A DNA stretch of 35,890 nucleotides from Methyloceanibacter sp. (lineage in GTDB: Bacteria > Pseudomonadota > Alphaproteobacteria > Rhizobiales > Methyloligellaceae), in contig DATFVO010000075.1 of assembly GCA_035260265.1 (NCBI GenBank), positions 1-35,890 on the forward strand. Direction: 5' to 3'. Numbering within the stretch: the stretch's first letter is position 1; the number at the start of each line of letters is the position of its first letter. Position numbers and translations under genes: made by a program. Positions 10,414 through 17,674 of this stretch are shown here, one piece after another. The notes below the pieces were generated by a model. That model was not told where the DNA came from, made no database searches, and saw only the letters and a program-made list of their open reading frames with translations.

Positions 10414-13400
10414 CGCCACTCCTCCTCGGCCTCTTGGGTGAGCCACTCGTCGACGCGGGCGAGATGGGCGTATTCGTCGTATTCGTAAAGCCGCCTGAAC
10501 ACTGATCTGCGCTTGACCTCGTACGGCATGTCCGGCCGGTAGTAGCGATCGACGAGTGCGGCCAAGTCTTTGAGGGCTCTACTCGCCAAGCTTGCGGGTG
10601 CAGACGTTCCGGCGGCGGTCTCCTCGCCGCCGTCGTTTCGTCCCGAGGCTTTGATGTAGCGAATGGCCTGGACCGGCCGCTTGCCGAGCTCGGCAAAGCC
10701 GCCATGCTCGGCGATCGCCGCTTCTAGCGGAAGCTGCGGGGCGAATAGCGTCTCGACATGTTTCGAAATCGGCACGCTGCCGGTCTTATAGTCGTAGATG
10801 ACGATAGAGCCGTCCTCGCCAATGTCGATGCGATCGGCGCGGGCAGTCAGCTCAAAGTCCGAGGCGAGCTTGAGCGTGCCTGTGACTTCGGTGTGTGTCC
10901 GCTCGGCGAAGGTCCGCCGCGCGGGCTCGGTCGCGGCGAACCAGCGGGCGAATTGCTGGAAGGCAGGCCGCCAGAAGGCCTCCACGCGCGGGGAGCCGCC
11001 CAACTCCTTTAAGGCACGGTCCGCGAAGGTAATCAGCTCGGCGTAAATGTTGGCCGGCAAGCTGTCGGGATAGGCCTCCGCAAAGTCATGCACGGCCCTG
11101 TGCACGATCTGGCCGCGCAAGGCTTGGTCGGGCTCGGTACCGAGCGGCTTCAAGGGTTCGAGCCTCAAGATGTCGCGCGCGAAGATCTCGTAAGGATTGG
11201 CGATCCATTTCTCGATGCGCGTCACGCTGAGCCTGCGCGGCCTCGCGTCGATGGGAGGGCACGGTCTTGGCGGCTTGGCCGGAGCGAAGCCCGGCGTGTG
11301 GTCTCGCTCGCGCGCCCACTCGACCCAAGGCTGCTCGGGCTTGATCTTGTTTTCCAGGCCCGAGGCGGTCACCAGCGCTTCCAGCCGCTGCAGCCAGCGC
11401 GAAGGCACGATCGGCACGCCGTCCACCTTCAGTGCGCGCGTGAGGTAGACGGTGCCAGCGCCGAGCGCCTGCGCGAAATCGTGGGCGGCAAGTCCGATGC
11501 GCCGCTCTGGCGGACTCAATCCGAGCGCCTCGCGCATGGGCCTGCTGAGCCAAGGGCCAGACTCTCGCGGTCGCGGCCAAACGCCTTCGTTAAGGCTGCC
11601 GAGGATCACGACATCGGGTTGCTGGAGTCTCGCCTCGAGCGGGCCCCAGATGAAGAGGCGAGGGTGCAAAGGAAAGCGCGGCCGGACCACTTCGTCTGCG
11701 ATCAGGCTGCGGTAGAAGGGCGGGTAGTCTGCGAGGCCGATGGTGAGGCTGCGCCCGGCATCGATCAGCTCGGCGAGCAGCACCGACAACGCCTCTCCGG
11801 CATCGCCTTGCCACAGTGCTGATGGCGAGCCGCGCTCGTCCCGCGCCAAGGCTTCGGCAACTTCCGCATGGGCTCGTGCGAATTCCGCCGCCTGGCGCGA
11901 AGTCCGGTCCCCGAACAGAGCCGTGAGCGGGGCGAAGGCGACTTCGAGATCGGCGACGAGCTTGAGAGCGACTGTCTGCTCCTGCTCGCTGATTGGTGCG
12001 CGGCGTTGCTTTTCCTCGTCGCGCGCCGCTCGGAGCGCATCGCGCGCGCCCGCGAAGCCTTGTCCAACATAGATGTCGCGGAAGGCGCCGCGCTCGAACG
12101 CCCGCGCCGCAGTCCTGATTGCTGCGGGCGAGCGCCCAAGCAGGGCAAGAGGATGCTTCAGAAGCGCCATCAGCTCTGGCGGCGCAAAGTTTGTCTCGAT
12201 TGCGCCAAGCACCAGATCGAGGAAAGTGCCGGGAACCGTGCGCGCAACAGGCACGCCAGCCGAGTCGTCGATGGTGAGATCATAGCGCTTGAGCTGCGCC
12301 GCCACGCGCCGCGCCAGCACACGGTCGGGCGTGACCAGGGCCGCGGTCTTTCCCGGCGTCTCGATGACGGACTTGAGGATCAGCGCGATGGCTTCGGCCT
12401 CGTCATGGGCTGTCGGCGCGACCACTAAGCGAATACCGGCAAGCGCGTTGGCGAAGCTCGCGCGCGCCAAACCGTCAGCATCGAGGAAGCGCCGCCAATG
12501 CTCGGTGCTCTCAGCCGGCCGGAGCGCCTCGCTCATGAGATGAAGCCGCGCGCGGGCGCTCGCGTTGGGTTCGCTACCCGGCACGAAGGCAACATCCTTG
12601 CGCTCCACGCCGAGCTTGCGCAGCAGCTCAGCCATGCCGGCCTGCGGATGCTCGGGGTGATCTCCGAGCAGCGCCCAGCTTTCATCATCAAGTGAGAGGT
12701 CAAGGCCCGGCAGCACGACGGCGCCGTTCGGCAATGAGGCGATGGTCCTGAGCAGATGCGCAGTCGCAGGCACGGTGCCGGTCGATCCCGCAGCGATCAC
12801 TGGATAGGGTGAGCCTTGCGCCAGGCGCTTGGTCTCTTGCGCCATCAGCAAATTGCGGCGTGTCATGGGTGAGACCAGGCCGTTCTCCTCAAGATGATCA
12901 GGCCAGTGCTCGGTGACGATCTTGAGGAAGTCGACGGTGACCTGCCAATGCGCGGCGAAGTCCTCCGGCACGATCTCGGCGAGCTTGGAAAGATCGACCT
13001 CCTCGCGCTCGACATCGTCCATCAGCCGCGCGAGGTCGGCCGCGAGATAGGAGGCTTGCCCGGGGGTGACCTCCAGCAAAGGTGTCCCCAAGGTGGAGTC
13101 CTCCTGAGCCGGAGCACGCAAGCGGTGGCCTAGGGCCAGCACGAGCTTCATAAGAGCTAAGCGGCGAGGGAGGACGCCGATAGCGGGCGCCCCGATCGCA
13201 CTGTCGTCCTTGGTGCTGTCACCACCACCGAAGATGATTACGGCCTCCTCGTCAGGATCGCCGAGAGCCCTGATGCGCGGAAGGAGCAGCGCTTCGGTTT
13301 CGGCCTCGGCGAGGAAGGCCTCACGCAGGGCGCGCGCGGCACGTCGCGTGGGAAGATAGATGGTGGTGAGAGGAAGCGCGAGCGGATCGGGCTTGGCGCC

Positions 13401-13544
13401 ACCCGCCAGAGGAAAGTCGCCGCCGAGGATCGCCTTGGCGAGGGTTGTAAGGAACGGCGCCGACGGCGGGATGGTGTAGAGCCTCGGCCCCCCTGATAAG
13501 GGTTCAGGTATACTTGGTGGACTCGATTGGACACTCCCTGACAT
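10410..13544 (-). CDS. addB: Double-strand break repair protein AddB; first 12 codons lie inside the integrated element
   Basis: LYTIPPSAPFL, IYLPTRRA, AAGSTG, IWGPLEARLQ, SVTRIE.W..NPY, ARADRID...DYKTG; the in-frame ATG at 13544 is beyond the att repeat. Confidence 0.95.
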   Translation of the reverse strand: MSGSVQSSPPSIPEPLSGGPRLYTIPPSAPFLTTLAKAILGGDFPLAGGAKPDPLALPLTTIYLPTRRAARALREAFLAEAETEALLLPRIRALGDPDEEAVIIFGGGDSTKDDSAIGAPAIGVLPRRLALMKLVLALGHRLRAPAQEDSTLGTPLLEVTPGQASYLAADLARLMDDVEREEVDLSKLAEIVPEDFAAHWQVTVDFLKIVTEHWPDHLEENGLVSPMTRRNLLMAQETKRLAQGSPYPVIAAGSTGTVPATAHLLRTIASLPNGAVVLPGLDLSLDDESWALLGDHPEHPQAGMAELLRKLGVERKDVAFVPGSEPNASARARLHLMSEALRPAESTEHWRRFLDADGLARASFANALAGIRLVVAPTAHDEAEAIALILKSVIETPGKTAALVTPDRVLARRVAAQLKRYDLTIDDSAGVPVARTVPGTFLDLVLGAIETNFAPPELMALLKHPLALLGRSPAAIRTAARAFERGAFRDIYVGQGFAGARDALRAARDEEKQRRAPISEQEQTVALKLVADLEVAFAPLTALFGDRTSRQAAEFARAHAEVAEALARDERGSPSALWQGDAGEALSVLLAELIDAGRSLTIGLADYPPFYRSLIADEVVRPRFPLHPRLFIWGPLEARLQQPDVVILGSLNEGVWPRPRESGPWLSRPMREALGLSPPERRIGLAAHDFAQALGAGTVYLTRALKVDGVPIVPSRWLQRLEALVTASGLENKIKPEQPWVEWARERDHTPGFAPAKPPRPCPPIDARPRRLSVTRIEKWIANPYEIFARDILRLEPLKPLGTEPDQALRGQIVHRAVHDFAEAYPDSLPANIYAELITFADRALKELGGSPRVEAFWRPAFQQFARWFAATEPARRTFAERTHTEVTGTLKLASDFELTARADRIDIGEDGSIVIYDYKTGSVPISKHVETLFAPQLPLEAAIAEHGGFAELGKRPVQAIRYIKASGRNDGGEETAAGTSAPASLASRALKDLAALVDRYYRPDMPYEVKRRSVFRRLYEYDEYAHLARVDEWLTQEAEEEWR
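13496..13508. repeat. att core, left copy
   Basis: ATAAGGGTTCAGG; in context CCTGA-TAAGGGT-TCAGG (13492-13508), i.e. 5-bp inverted repeats around a 7-bp spacer. Confidence 0.88.
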
Positions 13545-13599
13545 TAGCGCCTGAAGTCCTTGTAAATGGCACCGCTGGACATTAAGCCCCGTGGTGGGC

Positions 13600-13617
13600 G
13601 CAACCTAATTGCAACCT
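13600..13617 (+). promoter_or_regulatory. Putative integrase arm-type binding sites, left
   Basis: GCAACCT-AATT-GCAACCT, about 90 bp inside the left core and just upstream of the integrase ATG. Confidence 0.7.
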
Positions 13618-13627
13618 AGGGGCGGCA

Positions 13628-14805
13628 ATGCCAACTTTCACTGACAAAATGCTGAAGGGCCTGAAGCCGCAAACGGCGGGACAAAGAGACGTCTGGGACA
13701 AGGTCCTCCCCTGCTTCGGAGTCCGCGTGGGCAGGAAGGCAAAACATTCTTCGTCGGGGTTAGAATCAATGGTCGCTACCGGCGAATCACCCTAGGGCAA
13801 TACGACAGGCTCAGCCTTAAGGATGCACGTGACAAGGCCCGCGACATTATTAATGACGCACAGAGCGGAATCACTCCCGAGCTAAAGAAGAAGCGAGAAG
13901 CCAAGGGCACCTTCGGAGCAGTAGCCGAAGCCTTCATGACGGATTACGCCAGCGAGCATCGCACTCGTGGCGAGATGCAACGCATGATCAACTCCTATCT
14001 TAAGGAATGGCATGATCGCCCAATCTGCGAGATCACCCGCGGCGAAATTAAAGAGCTTTTGCGCGTGAAAGCGCGGACCGCCCCGGTCATGGCGAATCGA
14101 CTGCTGTCGCTTATCACGAAGATTTTTAATTGGGCTCTGAAAGAGGAGTTGATTGAGTCGTCACCGGCAATGCGGATCGAGCGCCCTGGCCAAGAGACGG
14201 AGCGCGAGAGAAGTCTGTCGGCAGAGGAGATAAGGACTGCGTGGACCGCATTCGACAAGCTCGGTTATCCGTTCGGAGCGGTCTACAAGATGGCTTTGGT
14301 GACCGGCCAGGGGCGCGGCGAGATCGCTGGCATGAAGTGGGCCGAGATCAGTGCCGACGGGTGGAAGCTGCCGGGTGAGCGGGCCAAAAAGGGCAAAGGC
14401 CATTTAGTGCCGCTGTCATCCCTCGCCAGAGATATTCTCGACGGCGCACCCCAGATCGGTGAATTGGTTTTCAGGTCTCATCGTGATGCACCGGTTCAGA
14501 ATTGGAGCAAGGCGGCGAAGCAACTTCGTAAGTTGTGCGGGCCGATGGAGCCGTGGCACTTGCAAGACCTCAGCCGAACATTTGCCACGCACCTACGCAG
14601 CCTCGGGGTTGATCGATTGGTGGCGGGGTCGTTGGTGGTAGCTATCGGATTCCTCGAACTATGCCATGCCGAGGAGCCCTCAAAGAAAGCGTGGCGAACG
14701 AGCCGAGCCGAAATAAAGCGTCACTTGGGGCGACTGGGTTTGCTCGGAACCTTCGGTTCTTCGCAGAGCCGTTTGAGATCCGCATTGGCCTCAGCCTCGG
14801 TCTGA
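13628..14805 (+). pseudogene. Tyrosine integrase with N-terminal arm-binding domain; frameshifted, catalytically degenerate, C-terminally truncated
   Basis: ATG 13628 gives MPTFTDKMLKGLKP...VWDKVLPCFGVRVGRKAK; the -1 frame after the A-run at 13741-13744 continues TFFVGVRINGRYRRITLGQYDRLSLKDARDKAR into ORF 13936-14805 (MANRLLSLITKIFNWA, RERSLSAEEI, TGQGRGE, LQDLSRT). Integrase-like sequence ends near 14622. Confidence 0.9.
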
Positions 14806-14969
14806 TAGGAGTCTTTGCCGACCTTCGTCACGGTTGGATCCTTACCTGTCGGCTGAATGTCGACAACAAGGCACACACCGTCAGCCGACCGAACAATCCA
14901 CCACTCCGCGAGGGCAGGCTTAACAAAAACTCCGACGACAAGACCGGCGGTGATTAAGAGGCGGCGCAT
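14721..14969 (-). CDS. Small secreted protein (82 aa), element cargo
   Basis: Signal peptide MRRLLITAGLVVGVFVKPALA, mature WWIVRS...C...P...VG...Y.TEAEA...C with two Cys; GAGG SD upstream. Confidence 0.75.
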   Translation of the reverse strand: MRRLLITAGLVVGVFVKPALAEWWIVRSADGVCLVVDIQPTGKDPTVTKVGKDSYQTEAEANADLKRLCEEPKVPSKPSRPK

Positions 14970-15297
14970 CGGGACGACCTCATGGTCAGTTGTGCCACGG
15001 TCTTTGAAGAAGGACTGAAATGGCGGACTATGGCCTTGCTAGCAGCAAACCCCTAGGAAATTCCCTGATTAAGGGGAGCGTCGGTAATTTCTCCTGCTGC
15101 TTTGATGCAGTTCATGGTGCCAGGAAAAAGGGCCAACCCGCTATAGGCCACTCTTCCCGATGCCAACAATCGGATGCGAGCTAACGCCCGTTGATAGAGA
15201 CCGAAGTTGGTTTCATATGGCCCCCAGCTCGCCACGCGTTTGCTATCCCGCCCGCACCATTCCGACAACTCCGCCTTCGAGCGTAGGCGCGAGAATT

Positions 15298-15316
15298 GCT
15301 ACCTAATCTGCAACCT
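15298..15316 (+). promoter_or_regulatory. Putative integrase arm-type binding sites, right
   Basis: GCTACCT-AATCT-GCAACCT, a near copy of 13600-13617 in the same orientation, about 85 bp inside the right core. Confidence 0.7.
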
Positions 15317-15347
15317 TTTTTCATTCGCGAAAACCAGAGTCTGTGCC

Positions 15348-15360
15348 TAAGAGCTTGGTA
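15348..15360 (-). promoter_or_regulatory. Putative IHF binding site between arm and core sites
   Basis: Minus strand TACCAAGCTCTTA has one mismatch to WATCAANNNNTTR; a weaker equivalent (TTACAAGGACTTC) lies at 13553-13565. Confidence 0.5.
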
Positions 15361-15401
15361 TTGCTTATATTAGCAGGAAAGGTAGCTTCGTTCCCCCCGA
15401 A

Positions 15402-15414
15402 ATAAGGGTTCAGG
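15402..15414. repeat. att core, right copy, overlapping the murU stop codon
   Basis: ATAAGGGTTCAGG identical to 13496-13508; both copies are preceded by a C6 run. Confidence 0.88.
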
Positions 15415-16135
15415 CACCTTCGCGCTCGAATGAGGCCTCTGCCTCGGCCAAGGCTTCAGGCGTGCCGACATGCATCCAGCGGCCGTCGAGCCTTACCCCG
15501 TAGAGCCTTCCCGTAGCGAGTGCCCTGTCCCAAAGGGCGTTCAGCGAGAACCGCTCCTCCGGTGCGTCCTTGAACAGGCGCTCGTCGCAGAGCGACACGC
15601 CGGCGAAGGCGAAGGGCACGATCTCCTTCTCCCCGCGCCGTTGAAGCCTACCGTCGGGCCCCATCGAGAAGTCGCCTTTGGCGGCATAGCCGATGCTGGT
15701 GGCGACCGGCGCAAGGAGCAGCAGGCAGTCCATGGCGGCGGGGTCCCACAGCCGCAGCATGCGCTGGAGCGCTGGCGTAGCGCCTTCGCTCCACACCGAG
15801 TCGGCGTTGTGGATGAAGAAAGGTCCGGCGCCGAGCAACGGCAGCGCCTTCTTCGCGCCGCCCCCAGTATCGAGCAGGACACCACGCTCGTCGGAGACAA
15901 GAATCTTCGGAGGCTTGCCCTGCCGGTTCAGCACATGAGCCTCGAGCTGATCGGAGAGATAGTGGACGTTGACCACCGCCGTCTTCACGCCGACTTGCAC
16001 CAGCCGACCGAGCACATGATCGATGAGTGGCCGGCCGGCAAGCGGCACGAGCGGCTTCGGCATGCGCAAGGTCAAGGGACGCATGCGCTCGCCAAATCCC
16101 GCAGCAAGCACCATCGCCGTCTTTGCCTCGGTCAT
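15410..16135 (-). CDS. murU: Nucleotidyltransferase, MurU-like (MurNAc-1-P uridylyltransferase)
   Basis: AMVLAAGFGERMRPLT..PKPL, LDTGGG, WMHVGTPE; follows the AmgK-like kinase. Confidence 0.85.
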   Translation of the reverse strand: MTEAKTAMVLAAGFGERMRPLTLRMPKPLVPLAGRPLIDHVLGRLVQVGVKTAVVNVHYLSDQLEAHVLNRQGKPPKILVSDERGVLLDTGGGAKKALPLLGAGPFFIHNADSVWSEGATPALQRMLRLWDPAAMDCLLLLAPVATSIGYAAKGDFSMGPDGRLQRRGEKEIVPFAFAGVSLCDERLFKDAPEERFSLNALWDRALATGRLYGVRLDGRWMHVGTPEALAEAEASFEREGA

Positions 16136-16147
16136 GGTCGCGGCCCT

Positions 16148-17674
16148 TTACAGCACGAGAGGCGGGAGATCGCCTGCGGGCGGCAGCTCACGCGCGTAGA
16201 AGCGGCGAAGCCCGGCAAGCGCCGGGTGGGCGAGGTCGCGCTCGAGATAGCGCGCGACCCGCGGGATATGAGCAAGATAACCGCGCTTGCCGTCACGTTT
16301 CGCCAATCGCGCAAATATGCCGAGGATCTTAGAGTTGCGTTGGGCGCCGAGCGTTGCGTAGAGGGTACGGAACTGATCTGACGAAAAATGCTGGCTCTGC
16401 GCGTTTCGGGCGGCACAGTAGCGAGCGAGTTCGTCCCGTTCAAGCGCTTCCGGAACGTCGAGGCGGGCATCCTGGAGGAGGGAGACGAGGTCGTAGGCGA
16501 GCGGACCTTTGAGGGCATCCTGGAAGTCGAGGATGCCGACTCGCTTGATGTCCTGTCGCTCGGGCAGCCACATCAAGTTGGGTGAGTGATAGTCGCGGAT
16601 CACCCAGCCGGGGTCGGCCTTTGCGGTTCGCTCCAGGAGGGGCCGCCACAGGCCAAGATATTCCTGGCGAAGCGGTTCAGGCACAGGTTTCCCGTGAACC
16701 GCAGGCCAGAACCAATCGATCAGGAGGGAGGTCTCGGTCAGCATTGCGTCCGCGTCGTAGGCGGGCAGCCGGTAAGAGGCGTGGCCCTCAATGGGCAGAA
16801 GGTCTGGTGGGGGCTTGCTGGCGAGCGCCACCAGGACATCGACGGCAGGCCGATAAAGCTCAGCGAGGGGACGGTCCTTGGCGATTTCGCTGGTGAACAG
16901 CCGGTCGCCGAGGTCTTCAAGGATGAGAAAACCTTCATCGAGGTCGAAGGCGTACACGGTTGGTGTCGACAGGCCACGCTCTCTAAGCGCCTCACCCACT
17001 GCCACGAAGGGCGTGACGTCCTCGGCGAGATGAACAAGGGCACTGTAGGGTTTGCCGTCGCGGATCGGTGGACCGTCAGGCTGCCGGGGCGAGTTCATCA
17101 GGATGGCATTGCGGTCGGGCAGCACGAGCCGCGCGTAGGACCGCGTCGACGCGTCGCCCTGAAGGTACGAGGCACCAGCCTCAGCGTAAGGTGTGTTGTC
17201 GAGGAATTTCCGCAGCTCCCTTAAGCGCGTAAGCCGCGGCTCCCAGTTGCCATGCGCAGTGAACACGATGCGGCGGAGGTTCGGGAGCGCCGTCTCGTCC
17301 ATGGCGATGTCGAGCCGGTCCGCCGGCAGCCAGCACGTGGCGCGCTCAGGCCATTCGATGAGCACCACGCCTTCGCCAAGCGCATCTTCGAGGCCGAGCT
17401 CGTCAAGCTCGGACGGCTCGAGCCGGTAGAAGTCGCAATGGGTGAGGGTGAGCCGCTTCGTCTCATAACGCTGCATCAGGGCGAAGGTCGGGCTCGGCAC
17501 CTCGTCTTCGCCGCCAAGTCGCGTGACTAGCGACCGTGCGAAGGTCGTCTTCCCTGCACCGAGCGGACCGCTCAGCGCGATGACATCGCCGGCTTTGAGC
17601 GAAAGCGCGATACGGCTTACGAGGATATCGAGCCCGACCAGGTCGACATCATCGAGACTCCAACTTAAGCTCAT
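16148..17674 (-). CDS. tsaE: TsaE ATPase fused to AmgK-like (APH-family) phosphotransferase
   Basis: GPLGAGKTTF, VPSPTF, HCDFYRL, LIEWPE, then GDASTRSY, LEDLG, RDYHSPNL, LDFQDA; ATG 17674 overlaps the divL stop. Confidence 0.92.
   Translation of the reverse strand: MSLSWSLDDVDLVGLDILVSRIALSLKAGDVIALSGPLGAGKTTFARSLVTRLGGEDEVPSPTFALMQRYETKRLTLTHCDFYRLEPSELDELGLEDALGEGVVLIEWPERATCWLPADRLDIAMDETALPNLRRIVFTAHGNWEPRLTRLRELRKFLDNTPYAEAGASYLQGDASTRSYARLVLPDRNAILMNSPRQPDGPPIRDGKPYSALVHLAEDVTPFVAVGEALRERGLSTPTVYAFDLDEGFLILEDLGDRLFTSEIAKDRPLAELYRPAVDVLVALASKPPPDLLPIEGHASYRLPAYDADAMLTETSLLIDWFWPAVHGKPVPEPLRQEYLGLWRPLLERTAKADPGWVIRDYHSPNLMWLPERQDIKRVGILDFQDALKGPLAYDLVSLLQDARLDVPEALERDELARYCAARNAQSQHFSSDQFRTLYATLGAQRNSKILGIFARLAKRDGKRGYLAHIPRVARYLERDLAHPALAGLRRFYARELPPAGDLPPLVL

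Larger units (their letters stand above)
13496..15414. mobile_element. Degenerate tyrosine-integrase element (~1.9 kb) inserted at the murU/addB junction
   Basis: Flanked by ATAAGGGTTCAGG direct repeats; contains an integrase pseudogene, arm-type repeats and visibly more AT-rich sequence; interrupts the normally contiguous murU-addB pair. Confidence 0.9.

Noticed and set aside
13735-13750. Programmed -1 frameshift in the integrase
   Set aside because: GCAAAAC is not a canonical slippery heptamer, and the downstream catalytic residues are also destroyed.
15053-15268. 71-aa ORF inside the element
   Set aside because: No recognisable motif, non-ATG start and no clear SD; probably eroded sequence.
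16148-17674. TsaE-phosphotransferase fusion as a novelty
   Set aside because: Common in Rhizobiales at this locus.
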